Assembly: GCF_009914755.1 (NCBI RefSeq)
Contig: NC_060934.1
From: the human T2T-CHM13v2.0 reference genome, Homo sapiens
DNA: 64,000 bases
Strand: one strand, 5' to 3'
Position numbers and translations under genes: made by a program. Under the pieces are notes generated by a model. That model did no database searches. It was given only the letters and a program-made list of their open reading frames with translations, and had not been told where the DNA came from. Within the stretch, counting starts at the first letter, position 1. The number at the start of each line of letters is the position of its first letter. Of this stretch, positions 45,286 to 64,000 are shown one piece after another.

Positions 45286-48200
45286 AGAAATGAAATTTGT
45301 GGGACACAGCTGTGTTGAGAAGGAAATTTATAGTACTAAATGCATATGTTAGAAAAGAGGAAAGGTCTCAAATCATTTTTAATCTAAACTCCCACCTCAA
45401 GAACCCAGGTAAAAAAAAGAGCAAAATTAACCCAAAGCAAGCAGAATGGAGGAAATAATAAAGCTAAGAGAAAAAAATCAATAAAATTGAGAACAGGAAA
45501 ACAATGAAAAAAACAATAAAACAAAGAGCTAATTCTTTGAAAAAAATCAATAGAGTTAACAAGCCACTAGCAAGACTGACGAAGAAAAGAGAGAAGGCAC
45601 AAATTATCAGTGTCAGGAATGAAAGAGGGTATATCACTACAGACCCTAAATACATCAAAAGGATAAAAAGGGAATGCTAAGAACAACTCTACACACATAA
45701 ACTTAACAACTTAAATGAAATGGGCCACTTCTTCAAAAACCACAAACTACCACAACCCATCCAATATGAAGCAGATGAGTGAACAGCCCTCTAACTATCA
45801 GGGAAAATTAATGTATAATTTTAAATCACCACCCCCACCCCAACAACAACAACAACAAAAACAGAGATCTCTAGAACTGGATGATTTCACTGGAGAATTC
45901 TACAAAATTATTAAAGAGGAACTGACGCTGATTCTGTACAATCTCTTCAAGAAAATACAAGAAGAAAGAACACTTTCCAATTCATTTTATGAAACTATTA
46001 TTACCTTGATACAAGAACAGACGAAGACAGTACCAAAAAAGAAAACCACAGACCAATATCCCTTATGAATATAGACACAAAAATTTTTAACAAAATATTG
46101 GCAAATAGAACTCAGCAATATATAAAAAGAATTATACTTCATGATCAAGTGTGATTTGTTCCGTGGATGTGAGTCTGATTCAATATTCTAAAATCAATCA
46201 ATCAATCAATCAATCTGATTCACCATCATAACAGGCTAAAGAAGAACAATCATATGATCTTATCAATTGATGCAGAAAAATGCATTTTGCAAAATTCAAA
46301 ACGCATTCACGATAAAAACTCTCAGAAAGCTAGGAATAGTGGGAACTTCTCCTGCTTGATAAAAACACCTACAAAAACCTACAGCTAACATTATACTTAA
46401 TGGTGAGAGACTGGATGCTTTCTCACTAAGACTGGGAACAAAGCAAAGGTATTCACTCTCACAACTTTTATTCAACATAGTGAAAGAAGTTCTAGCCAGT
46501 GCAACAAAACGGAAACAAAAGGCATACAGAGGGAAAAGGATCTAGAACTGTCTCTATGTGCAGGTGTAGATTCCAAACGAATCTACAGAAAATTCCTAGA
46601 ACTAATAAGTGAGTCCAGCAGTGTTACTGGACATGAGATAAACATACAGGAATCAAGTGTATTTCTATATACTAACAATAAACATGTAGACCCAAAAATT
46701 TAAAATACAGTACCATTTAAAATTGCTCAGAAAGTAAAATACTTCAGTGTAAATTTAACAAAACATAAACAGAACTTCCATACTGAAAACTACAAAATAC
46801 TGATGAAAGAAATCTAAGGATGTCTAAATAAATGGAGAGATATACTATGTAAATGGATTGGAAAACTCAACACAATAAAGATGTCAATTCTCCTCAAATT
46901 TATATACAGTTTCCTTTCTAAACCCCAGCAAGAATTTTATAGACATAGACAAGGTTATTATAAAATCTATACGGAAAAGCAAAGGAACTAGAAGAGCTAA
47001 AAACAGTTTTGAAAAGGAAGAACAAAGCTACTATAATCAAGACTGTTTGTTGGTGGAGAAACAGATGCATAGATCAATGTGATGTAATAGAAAACTCAGA
47101 AATAGACTCACACAAGAATGTCCAACTGATTTTTTACAAAAGTACAAAAGCAATTTAATGGAGGAAAGATAGTCTTTTAAGCAAATCATGCTAAAACAGT
47201 TGTACATCCATAGGCAAAAAAAAAGAGGGGGTTGTTAAGGAGAACCTCAAGATAAGTCTCACATCTTATATAAAAATTAACTCAAAATAGATTATGGACT
47301 TAAGCATAAAATATAAAAACTATAAAACTTTTAGGAAAAAATAGGAGAAAATCTTCAGTATTTAGGAGGAGGCAAATAGCTCTCAGGTTTAACACTAAAA
47401 GGAAAAATTGATAGGAATTCATCAAAATTAAAAACTTCTGCTCTGCAAAAATATCCTGTTAAAAGAAAAAAAAATACAAGCTAAAGAGTAGGGAAAAAAT
47501 ATTTCCAATCCATTTGTCAAGCAAAGAACTAGTATCTAGAAGATACAAAGAACCAAGGGTGAAAAAAATCCAATTAGAAAATGAGCAAAAGATATAAACA
47601 GACATTTCACTAAGAGGATACACAATGGCAAATAAGCACATGAAAAGATATTCAACATCATTAGTCATTATGGAAAGGTAAATTAAAATCATGATGAGAT
47701 ATCACTAGGACATATCAAATGGCTAAGATAAAAAATAGTGACAACATCAAATTCTTACAAGGATGCAGGGAAACTGGATCATTCATACACTGTTGCTGTC
47801 AATATAAAATGGCAGAGTCACTCCGGAAAACACTGTTATAGTTTATTTTTAAAACTAAACATGCAATTACCGTAAGACCTAGCAATTGCACTCCTGGACA
47901 TTTATCCCAGAGAAAGACTTATGTTCACACCACCATATATGAAGGTTTATAGCAGCTTTATTTATAATAGCTAAAAGTCGGAAACAACCCAGATTTCCTC
48001 CAATGGATATACAGGTAAATAAACTGTGATGCATACCATGGAATACTAATTAGTAATAAAAAGGAATAAACCATTGATATACACAACAGCATGGATGAAT
48101 CTCCAGAGAACCATTTTAGTTGAAAAAAGCCAATCCCAAAGGTTATATACTATATGGTCCCATTTATATAACATTCTTAAAATAAAAAATATATATAAAT

Positions 48201-49102
48201 GGAGAACAGATTAGTGGCTGCTAGGGGTCAAGGGAAGGGTGGAGACAAGAGGGAAGCAGATGTGATTATAAAAGGGCACATGAGGGATCCTTGTGGGGAT
48301 GGAAATGTTCTGTATCTTGACTGTATTAATGTTAATATCCTGGTAGTGATATCGTACACTATAGTTTTACAAGATGTTACTGTCTGGGGAAACTGGATAA
48401 AGGATATGTGAGATCAGGCCGTATCAGTTCTTACAAGTGCAAGTGAATATACAGTTGTCTCAAAATAAAAATATATATAAAAAAACAAAACCATAGGAGG
48501 TCTTTGCACTTTCCAAAAGGGATCAAAAAATAAAATCTGATGCTGCCCTTGTGCAAATAACAAATGGAAACCAGGAGTTTGCTCAGCTAAGGGATGTCAA
48601 TACTTTCATTCCAATGAAGGGAAATGGTAGTTTCTCCATGACCTGCTTCAAAATATTGCAGTAGAGTTTAGTGATTCTGGGCGGGATGAGAACATTTGAC
48701 AGAGGCATTTGCTTTAGTTTTTAAGTTTTCCTCCAAGGCACAAAACAGCTTAAGAATTTCCAGAGCATATTGCTTTACCAAGGTTTTTTGTCTGATGCAA
48801 CAAGCAATCTTGTAGAATGGCTCAAGACAATACTCCTATATTAGGGAAAATCCAATTTTGGTAAAGATCCAAATTTTTTCAGTTGAACTTTTACTCAGAC
48901 AAAAGAGACAGACCATGTATTTTGAGGACATAAGCAACTATCTTAGCTTCCTTGACTCCATATTTCCATGAAGAATCTTGACACAAAAGATAACTTCTAA
49001 CTTTCATGTTACGTCATTTTCGATGATACAAGTAAAATCCAAGAGTATACAGATGTTGTCATACACTCTTTTTGTGATATTTCCCAGCCTAAGATGGTAT
49101 CA

Positions 49103-49446
<344 letters not shown>

Positions 49447-49584
49447 TCAATTCATGTCAAAGAAAGCTGTTTTGGATATCATGTCAATGGAAACAATCAT
49501 TGGACACTGAACTATATACTGCTTTGCATACTATCTTTTATTTATCTAGCATGAAAGCATATTTTAATTAAAATATAATTTGTA

Positions 49585-51728
<2,144 letters not shown>

Positions 51729-51775
51729 AATATTTATTATAAAAATATTTATGTAGAATTTGTGCCTAAAAACAT

Positions 51776-52550
51776 ATGAGTTCATACTGACAAACAAATG
51801 AGCAAATGGATGAATAAATGGGGGAGAGTAGGCAAATATTGTGTGCAGAACAATTCCAAACAACTTATGTAGATACTTGCCCTCAAGGAAGTGGAGTATA
51901 ATTCTCCACTCCTTAAGCATGAGCTGTACATAGTGACTTCTATCCAAAGAGTATGTATAGAAAGGAGGAGGAAAAAGTAACTTTACGGTGGAGAAATCTG
52001 ACAAATAGAACCTCAACCAAGTGATCAAGGTCAACATCAATAGTGATAGTCATGCTGATAGCATGTACCCTTGATATAGTGAGAATAGTTTACCTCTGTG
52101 GTCATCCTCCCAAGAATGCATAACCTCAGTCTAATTATAAAAAAAAAATAGACAATTCCCAGTTGAGGGACAGCCTACAAAATATCTGAGCAGTGTTCCT
52201 CAAAACTGTAAAGCTCATCAAAAAAAGGAAAAATCTGAGAAATTATCATATCCAAGAGGAGGCTAAGGATATATGACAACTAATGTAACATAGGATCCTA
52301 TATGGGATCTTGGAACAGAAAAAAGGCATCAGGAAAAAACTAAAGAGATCTGAATAAAGTATGGGCTTTAGTTAACAATAATATAGTAATATTTGATCAT
52401 TAATTGTGACAAATATACCATACTAATGTAAGACGTTTATAACAGGGAAAACTGGGTGTAAAGTATATGAGAACTCTCTATACTACATTTGAAATTTGTC
52501 TGTATTATCTTAAATTGTTTTCAAATAAAATATCTTTTTTTTTAAAAAAA
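51776..52550 (+). mobile_element. Old L1 (L1MC/L1MD-type) 3'UTR, right piece
   Basis: atgagttcatactga...aaagtaactttacggtggagaaatctgac...tttcaaataaaa. Confidence 0.8.
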
Positions 52551-52616
52551 GAAAACACAGACAGCTCTCCTCTTTAGCCTCATAGAAGGTAAAGCTTCAA
52601 CTTTCTTTGGTGATCT

Positions 52617-52944
52617 GTGTTAGTCAGATCAGGATACTATAACAAATTGCCACAGAATGGGTGGCTTAAACAACAAACATTTATTCCTCACAGTTCTGGA
52701 GGCTGGGAAGTCCAAGATCAAAGCACCAGCAGATTCAGTTCCTGGTTATGTCTTCACGAGGCAGGGGTGATGGGGGGGTTCTGTCCTATCTCTTCTTATA
52801 AAGTCACTGATCCCATCATAAGGACTGTACCCTTATGACCCAGTGACCTTCCAAAGACCTCATTTCCAAATACCATCACATTGGAGATTATGGTTTCAAC
52901 ATAAATTCAACAAATTCTGGGGGACACAAACTTTCAGTTCATAG
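52617..52944 (-). mobile_element. MLT1A/B-like MaLR LTR
   Basis: tgtgttagtc...gggtggcttaaacaacaaacatttattcctcacagttctggaggctgggaagtccaagatcaa. Confidence 0.82.
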
Positions 52945-53494
52945 GAGTCAGCCCATATCCAGGTTAACTTGACACCAGCTGCTGCTGCCATTCATAGGGA
53001 ATTGATCCCATGTTCGTCCTGGCTCCAAAGATTGTACCTCCTACTTCTACTCCATAAAGGGTTGGTGATATCACCAAGGTAACTGATGATAGAAAAGTAA
53101 GATAGTAAGATAGTAAGAACAGCCATGAAGTTAACCCTTCAGAATTGGATAAGCAGGATTCTTTTCTGATCCTTAGAGCCCTCAAGGAAGCATCCAGTGA
53201 CAGAGAGAAGCAGGAAATATTGAGAAGCTAGAGATGTTACTATTGACAAGACAGTCAGCATCACCCAACACACGAGGCACAGAGCTTTGGCTGAAGATCT
53301 TCTCCGAAACATTAATAAGATGGCGGAGGGTGGTGCAGTGCCCAGTCTGTGAGCTACAATGCCCATGGTCCCATCCTTTCAACAGCACACGACATCAGCC
53401 AAGTGGTCAAACATTGGTTAGCCAAGCGGCACGAGGAGATTGTTTCAATAAACAACCATTCTACCACTGTCAAAGTGAAAGCAGACATGACGTT

Positions 53495-53912
<418 letters not shown>

Positions 53913-54144
53913 TAGCAAGAAATGTTAATATTTCAGCTCATGTAAACCAGTAGTTTCACTGCTAGGAACCAAACCTGAGGAAATAATCCAAAATGAGGTC
54001 AAAGCCCAGGAAATTTTCTTTATTGTTAATAATGAAAAACTGTTAACAATTTAAATATTCACTAGAGATGAATGACTAAGTAAATTATGGTACATATAAT
54101 TATAGCTACGACAGAATCTTATGTCATCATTAAAAATATTTATG

Positions 54145-54581
<437 letters not shown>

Positions 54582-54850
54582 CTAATAATGTTTATCTCTA
54601 GGAAGTGAAATTAGTGGCCATTGCTCTTTTGAAAATTGTCAATATTTTGCAAATTGGTATCCATGAGCATGATGGACTTTCAAATTTTCAAAAAATAATC
54701 AAAGAAAAAGTATCTGGTCCAAAGTAAAGTAAGGGGCACTGTGGCAGACTGCTGGTGACCTCTCAGTACCCTGTCTCCATTCTCCCCTTCTTCCTTCAGA
54801 AGAGAGCCTGACGTTCAGGTGAGCTCAAGAACACCCAGCTAGAAGATTTA

Positions 54851-55294
<444 letters not shown>

Positions 55295-55864
55295 TTAGCC
55301 AGTGGGTTTTGGTGGCAGAAAGGTAAGGAGATTAAAGGTGATGGCTCCAGGAACAGGCAACCCCCAGCCCCAGGCCCCAGGAGCCCAGCTGAGCTCAAGC
55401 ACCTGGGAAGGTGTGATGGAAGCTCCTCTGCAGATCAGATTTGGCCCTGGAGGACCTGGAAGCAGAGGGAGATGAGAGCCTGAATGGGCAGCTCCACCTC
55501 CCTGGGGCTTTCCCAACCCCTCCTCTCCAGGCAGTCCCCAGGCTGCCTACAGGAATCTCACCAGTTGCCTTAAATTAGGTGACATCTCCCAGACAGGCGC
55601 AATGCCTACTGTCTTGCCTTCCATACCAAATGCCTTGATCAACCTGTCATTTAATAATCAAAATCACAAGACTGTGCAGTCTGACAGTGTTATCCAGGAT
55701 CAGAGCCCCCTGAAACCTACAAGAATGTCTGGCTTTTGGTGGGGGACCATATTCATGAACAGTCATGCTGTGTTACTCAGTGCTGTGTTCATGCAATGTT
55801 AGTTCCCCCTAAAAGAGGCATGGGAGGGTTCTTATGGCCGAATATATTTGTAAAAGACTCCAGT

Positions 55865-56286
<422 letters not shown>

Positions 56287-57307
56287 TTATGTAACCAGGA
56301 ACCCTTTTTTCATAGAGCATCTATTAACTTCTTTTAGAACACATCCAATTAGAAATGCGATCCTAGATGCTTGAAAAACACCTTATTTTGTCCCCTAATC
56401 AGATAAATTTCATATCTGTTGGGATCTGAAATTTTTATGTCCGTCATTATTACTACATTTGGAATTACCACTTCATTTCAGAGTAAATTTCCTTCTGACT
56501 GAAAAACGCATAGTTTATTCGACAGCAGGGCCAGGGAAGACCTGGAAACATTGCATCACCTTCTTTTCTGATTATATCCTTGTGGCATGGGGAATGTTAT
56601 TTGCATTTGAACTGTATCTCCTGTTTCAGCTGGAAGTGATACAAAGTTCCAATCACTAGCTCACTCATTTGTGCGCCATACCCTTATTAAATCTCTACCA
56701 CATGCCAGGACTGTGCTAGCCACTTTACACGTAGTATTTCAAGCCCTCACAGTCCTGAAAGGAACTGTTATTATACCCATTGCACAGGAAGGAAACTCAG
56801 GTCAGCTAAGACTGAGTTACTAATCCAAGAGCACACAGGGATCAGGGCAGTGGTTGCATGGCTCGCACGGCTTCCCTCCAGGGGCCTGCGCTCTCCCTCC
56901 CTCTCCACTGTCACAGGGCTCTCAACTATTGCCTGACCTGCATCTTTGACGCTGCATGGGTTTCAATCTGGTGTCCCTAATTGGAATCAAATATTTCTGA
57001 CTCTGGAAATAAATACTGTTAAACAGTGGCTTGTGCACAGAATAAATAAATGTCTGTTGCTAAGGAGACATCGGGAAGATGAAAGAGCAGGAGGAGGATT
57101 CCAGCCTCTCAGAGGCCCCAGGACTTGGTTCCACCTGAACTAAGGCAGGGGCTGGGCAGGTGAAGAACTGAGCAAAGTACCCAGGGAAAGGGGGCAGCTG
57201 CCTTTCCACCCGACATGATTGCAGGCCCGTGGGCCAGATGCGTTGTTCAAGAGAAGTTAGGAATCTCTATTTTTTGTGAAATCCACCAAGTTGTAACCAC
57301 CGGCAAC

Positions 57308-57668
57308 TGTAGTGGGTTGAACTGTGTCCTCCAAAAATTCACGTCCACTTGGAAACTAGGAAAGTGACCTTATTTGGAAATAGAGTCTTTGATAAGCTAA
57401 TTAAGGTAAGGATCGAGATGAGATCAATGCATGCACAAGCCAAGGACCCCGAGGATGCCAGCAGCCACCACAAGTCAGGAGAGAGGCATGGGGTGATCTC
57501 TCGGAGCCTCCAGAAGGAACCAGCCCTGCTGGAATCAGAAGGAATCCACACCTTCCTTTCAGATTCTTGGATGTCTAGCCTCCAGAACTATGAGAGAATA
57601 CATTTCTGTTGTTTCAAGCCATCTGGCTTATGGTAATTTGTTACAACAACCCCAGGAAAGTAATAGAG
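57308..57668 (+). mobile_element. MLT1B-like MaLR LTR
   Basis: tgtagtgggttgaactgtgtcctccaaaa...gtgaccttatttggaaatag...ctccagaactatgagagaatacatttctgttg. Confidence 0.82.
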
Positions 57669-57990
57669 CAATGAACTTTAATTTTTAGTAATACCACTTG
57701 AGCCAGCAAAATCAACCTGTGAGGCAGATTAGGCCTGCCAGTCATCCTCACCCCGGTTAGAGTCAAAGGACACTCAATGCCATGTCATCATTATCTCATC
57801 ATTATTTTCTCCAAAAATGATGCTGCTGCCTCTCCAACAACTCTACGTAGACTGAACCTCTCCTGAGTCCCAGAGCCATATTTCCACATTCTCTGGACAT
57901 CTTCATTTGCAGGACCTGCAGGCAACTCCAACTTAAGGTATCCAAAATCCAGCTGCATTCTTTATTGTGTGAAATCGCCACCACTTTGGA

Positions 57991-58187
57991 CCACTGGTGT
58001 GCTGGAGCGGGTTGTGCTGGCTCCCAAGAGTCGACTATAAAATACTCAGGAATTTTCCCTGCTGGTTGCTAAACTGTTGGTCCCTTGAAACCTGCCATGG
58101 TGGCAATATTTGTGCCACAAAAAACTGGCAAACACTACAATCAGGGGCTCCGTTTTTGGGGAAAGCCAGTTCACCAGCAAACCACCA
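57991..58187. mobile_element. MER63-like hAT MITE
   Basis: TIRs tggtgtgctgg...ccagcaaacca; caggaatttt motif. Confidence 0.65.
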
Positions 58188-58754
58188 AAACTTCCACCCC
58201 ATCTTCCAGGTGAGAAAGCCCACTTCTATCTTATTTCACACTTTCTCATTATACTTCACACCCAGCCAGCAAATCCCATTAATTCTCTCTCTGCAAATCG
58301 TTACCTGTGTCAACTTCTCTCTGCTTTCACTGCCCTGCTCCTCCTAATTCGGGTCTCGTCACTCTTGTGTTTGAATTACTACAACGGTTTCATAATTTTC
58401 ACCCTACCCCCAATTATATTCCTCAAACAGGGAGTTAGATTATATTGGTTCTCTCCTCAAGCATTTTTAGCATCCAAACATCTTTGCCTGGCAATCAGAG
58501 CAATGATAGTTAGGCTTCTTTCCATTGCAACTGGCAAGAACCCAATTCACCAAGCTGAATCAAAAAGGGAACCCGCTAATTCATAGAAGCCCAAGGGGAA
58601 TGAGACTGCAGGTAAAGCTGGATCAGGTCTCTGGCTTGTTCCCCATTACTTGGCTCATCGTCTTTTTGCCTGGTTTCATTCTCTGGTATGTTCTCTCCCT
58701 GTGAGAGGCAAAATGGTCAGCAGCTGCCCTTGAATCACATCCTCCTAGCTCAGT

Positions 58755-59551
<797 letters not shown>

Positions 59552-59736
59552 TTTAGTGAAGTCATTGGAAAGAGAATTTCTCTCCTTATCTATATAGCAA
59601 TCTCAGGGAGCACCGACTAGCTCTGCGTGCACCCCATGCCCAGACCCTGAATAAGAGGATCACAAGGTTTGGTTGAACATGCTGGGTCCCAGGAGTGTGG
59701 GTCACCATGATTGACAACCTCACAAGAACTGTATGA

Positions 59737-59980
59737 GGCTGGGCACAGTGGCTCACACCTGTAATCCCAGCACTTTGGGAGGCCAAGGCGGGTGGATCAC
59801 CTAAGGTCAGGAGTTCGAGACCAGCCTCGCCAACATGGTGAAACCCCATCTTTACTAAAAATACAAAAATCAGCTGGGCGTGGTGGTGGGCGCCTATAAT
59901 CCCAGCTGCTCCGGGGGCTGAGGCAGGAGAATCACTTGAACCTGGGAGGCAGTGAGCCGAGATCACACCACTGCACTCCA
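59737..59980 (+). mobile_element. AluS lacking 3' end and polyA
   Basis: Stops at ...ctgcactcca and joins pyrimidine-rich L2-like sequence. Confidence 0.85.
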
Positions 59981-60780
59981 TCCTTCTCTCTTATCTGCCT
60001 CTCTGCCTTATCCCTGGATCTCCCTCCGTAAGCATATTGGATTCCCTCTTTCTAACTACTTGTCATTTCCCAAACCTGCCACCCGCTTTTGTATCTCTTT
60101 ACCTTTGTACAACTGCTCCTCCCACCTGGAAGGACTTCCCCCTCCCTCCCTCTGCAAATCCAGCTCTAATCCTTCCTTGAGGAAGGACTCCAGTCCCAAA
60201 GACAGAGAAGACAAGGGGTTAGCAGAGAACACAGAGCCAAACCAGCAGCCAAAGAACAGGGCCCAGGGCACAGGGCAAGGCTGTGCAAGGGGTCACTGTA
60301 GTCCATGCAGAAATCTAGGACCTGGATCCGGAGCAGTGACAAGAGCTAAGACCTGAGGGCAAGTCCAAGGATTCGCAGCCCCCTGCCAGGATCAGCTCAG
60401 GGGTGGAGCAGAGGCTGCAGGGGTGCAGACCAGCCAAGGCAGAGAAGGCAGGAGTGACAGGGGTGGCAGCTGGCAAGGAGAGGCACTCCTGGCATCGAGC
60501 TCACATTGGATAAAGGCTTGGAGGCAGGATCAGAATCTGAGGGATTTAAAGCAACAGAGAAATAATAAGGACACAACTTTTCAAGCCTTTAGGGCATGCC
60601 AAGTACTGCGCTAAGAAATTAATTACATTATCTCTGTAATTCTCACAACCACCTTATGAGGCAAAATACAACCAACATCCACATTATACAGGGGAGGAAA
60701 CAGGCACAAATAGGTGGCATGGCTCCCCAGAGTCACTCAGCTGGAATGCAAGTCCAGGCCTCCTCGGCTCCAGAGCCCAT

Positions 60781-61103
<323 letters not shown>

Positions 61104-62096
61104 TAATCATTCTGCTTTCTTGCTCAGGATGGGGTTGAACTTCCCCACTCCTCTGATTTTCTGATTTTAACTGAAGGGAAGCTTCTGCTAAGTCCAACTC
61201 CAGACAGGCCAACATATCAGCCTCCAGGCAGCTTTTCTAATGTTAACTAATCTGATCAAATTCACAGACACCTCAAAGGTCAGCTGAGAATCCCCTTCCT
61301 CGAAGAAGACATCCCAGACTCCCCAGATGAAATTCATCTCTTCTTTCTTTCTGTTCCCACGGCATTTTGTCTCCGCCTCTGCTCAGCCCTTGGCTCTGTC
61401 TGCTGGTTTTAAGACGACATCTGTGCACAACTCTCCCAACTGGCAAAGCCATCCTTGAGGACTGACCATCCTTTGGGTCCCCCAAGACACTTGACCCACG
61501 GCCCCGAATGCTAAATTCCCACATGTTGAATTGAATGTGTGTCTCAGTATTTACCTAGCTCCATCAACCTGAATCCAATAAAGTTGTCTAATGAATGCAT
61601 CTTCTGCCAATTACCAGATTTCTGTGAGTTGTGTTGCAGTAGAGATTACAACAGTAAGGTTGCCCTCAGCCAGGGTCAAGGTTCACAGAACCCCACCTTT
61701 TTGGCTCTGGATTGCACATCACATCACACAGATAAGCCTCAGGCCTTTCCTCTGGCCCACAGCCCAAAGGAACTGGGGATGGGGAGTTCTTTCCTTGAAG
61801 GAGGTCCAGTGGGGGAAAAAAAAAAAAAAAAAAAAAAAACAGAAACAAAAGCTTTCCCCCATGCAGTGGCCATGCCAAGTGGGTGTTTGGCCATTTCCAA
61901 GTGAGCAACTTTTTTGAATTTGATTTTGTGGGTGCTTTCAGCAAATTAGAGCCACAGTTACGCTGTGACTTAACAGGATTAGTCATGCACACACATCCTG
62001 TGCACACACTTCAGTCCCCTATTAAAGGAAGCACAAGCCAGAGGCTGGCAGGAGAGGTTAGAGAATTACCTCCCATCTCCTCAGACCCTTCAGGCA

Positions 62097-62266
62097 CAGT
62101 GTGGCAGAGTAAATACAGGGCTCAGGCACATCAGAATTCCAGATAATCGATGGCTAACTTCAGTATAAGTGTATCCCATGTAAAATTTGGCACATACTTA
62201 CACTAAAAAATATTCAAATTTAATCGGGCATCCTGTATTTTGTATTTGATAAATTTGGTCATGCTA
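62097..62266. mobile_element. MER53-like palindromic hAT MITE
   Basis: aaatacagg...agtataagtgtatccc...catacttacact...cctgtatttt. Confidence 0.65.
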
Positions 62267-63429
62267 CTCAGGCAGGATCTTAAATGCTGAAGTCCAGGAC
62301 CCCTGAGCTGCTTCCAGGGAAAGTCCTCATCAATGACAGAAGCAAGATGAGAGAAACCATAATATGGGAATCATCTGGGCTATATGGGGCTCACACATGA
62401 ATGTCCAAACACATGGCATAAAAAGCCTGATCAGGTGCTCAATGCAATTTACACAAAACACTTTTTGAGGGTATAATAGCTTAGATAAAGCCCATTAGCA
62501 TCCTTAAATTAATTCTTCACTCGGCATAATAACACATCCTCTCTCCCTTACTTGTTTTTCCCAGGGGAAATATTTGATCACTTCCGTCAGTCACCTGCTT
62601 GAATGCCCCGTATACCAACTGTGTGACAGTTATTGATTTTTGATGAATGATACAGCTCTCTCTTCTGGGCTATGACTGCTTTGTTTTCAAACCTTACTTA
62701 ATTGTGCGATGATTTTGGGGGGTTTTTTTCCCCTTTCCAGAGAAATAAATGCAAAGTGTTTATTCTCCAAAGGCCGTAAACAGAGCTTGCGGGTCTGGTT
62801 TCTATGACAACCCCACTTGATACAGCAAACCTAGATTATCTCTAATGACAGACATGAAGTTTAAATTGCACATTCTGAACAAACACTGCTCTGCTGACCT
62901 TTTATTGAAAAATGGAATACAGGGTGATTAGCATAATGTGTTATATAAAAAGGAAAAACGTGTATTCGTGGGCATTATGCACCAGCGATTAGCCGCACTG
63001 CTAGTCTTTAACAAACTGCTTGCCGGGATGGAGAGCTTGGGAAATTAAGATTTGCCATCTATCATTTTCAAATTCAGTAAAATCTGCAGCAGTAATTGCA
63101 CTAAACAGTTTTCAAATAACACATGCTGCTGTTTCTCTTATTCAATTGAGTCTTTTAGCAGGGGAGCACAGAAGGAGAGGAAAATTTTACCCATTGTACA
63201 AAAAATAATAATCGTTGGCTCCAATAGCTAGTCTGAAACAATCTCTGCTTCTTAATCCCCTAATGCAATTCCTGGAGGAAGCCTAGGGCCTGGTGTAGCC
63301 TGGCAGCTACCTCCTGGAAACTGCTCATTAGCAGTGTGGTGCAGTGGGGGTCCTGGGTGGTTAACCAGAGGTGGGGGCTAAGCGTGGTCCACCCGCAGGT
63401 TAACTGGGCCTGCTCTTAGCAACCACAAA

Positions 63430-63610
63430 ATGAAGGGTTGGAGAGTTTGGGCTCTGAAGTAAATGACCTGGTTCAAATCCTAGCCTTTCCTCTAGCCTCC
63501 CTATGGGCAAATTACCTAGCCCCTCCAAGACCCAGGTCCCTTGTCTACACTATGGGAATGAGAGTAATAGGTCCCACTTCACAGGATCATTGCAAAGATG
63601 GAAGGAAGCA
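63430..63610 (+). mobile_element. MIR
   Basis: gggctctgaag...gacctggttcaaatcc...gggcaaattacctagcc. Confidence 0.65.
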
Positions 63611-63879
63611 ATACCCAAGAGCGGGCAGGGCCAGCCCCCAATGACCATTAGCCACTCATTGCTCAGAGTTCAAGTTCTGTCTTCTATTTCCATGAGAGTG
63701 TGTTCATATCAGGACTTCGCCGACTGGTACTTTTGAGCACTAATGAGATAATATGGAATGATGGAAAAGAGCATTTGCTTATTCCTTCAACCACATTTAC
63801 TGAGCACTGGCTCTGCAGGAATGCAACCCTGAATAGGACAAGGTCAGTCAGGAGCCGCCACCAATGCTCTTAGCTGTGT

Positions 63880-64000
63880 TACTTTGCACTTGTCATTTCA
63901 TCTCTACGAAGAAATAATATTTACCATTTGATTCTCATAACAACCCTGGGTGAAGGAGGTCATTTTACACATGGGAAAACTGAGGCTTGGAGTCACGAAG
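63880..64000 (-). mobile_element. MIR (runs off window end)
   Basis: cattttacacatgggaaaactgaggct. Confidence 0.7.

Noticed and set aside
46193-46216. (AATC)n run
   Set aside because: Simple slippage expansion inside L1 ORF2
62097-62266. Imperfect palindrome as a novel hairpin RNA
   Set aside because: Explained by the intrinsic symmetry of a MER53-like MITE

Overview
This is great-ape-type (human-like) repeat-rich intergenic or intronic DNA; SVA, AluY and HERV-H are all present. I find no intact protein-coding exon, CpG island, RNA gene or CRISPR-like array. The main structures are: (1) a nested insertion at 5.0-12.1 kb, where a minus-strand Alu is split by a HERV-H provirus lacking its 5' LTR, and the provirus carries a full-length SVA (15-bp TSD) and a MER9/HML-3 solo LTR (6-bp TSD); (2) a near-perfect inverted repeat with 55-bp arms made from a MIR at 18.93-19.05 kb; (3) a near-full-length ancient L1 at 40.0-48.5 kb carrying a 5'-truncated LDHA processed pseudogene (16-bp TSD), inside an ~11.8-kb block that splits an older L1 3'UTR and may include a 3' transduction; (4) about 28 Alu/FLAM copies plus MaLR LTRs, hAT MITEs, MIR and L2 relics; (5) repeat-free AT-rich blocks with homeodomain, PBX and MEIS-like motifs that could be enhancers. 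Repeat subfamily names come from recalled consensus features and boundaries are approximate unless a TSD is quoted. I see no convincing new biological system; the best leads are the hairpin, the nested HERV-H and the possible transduction.
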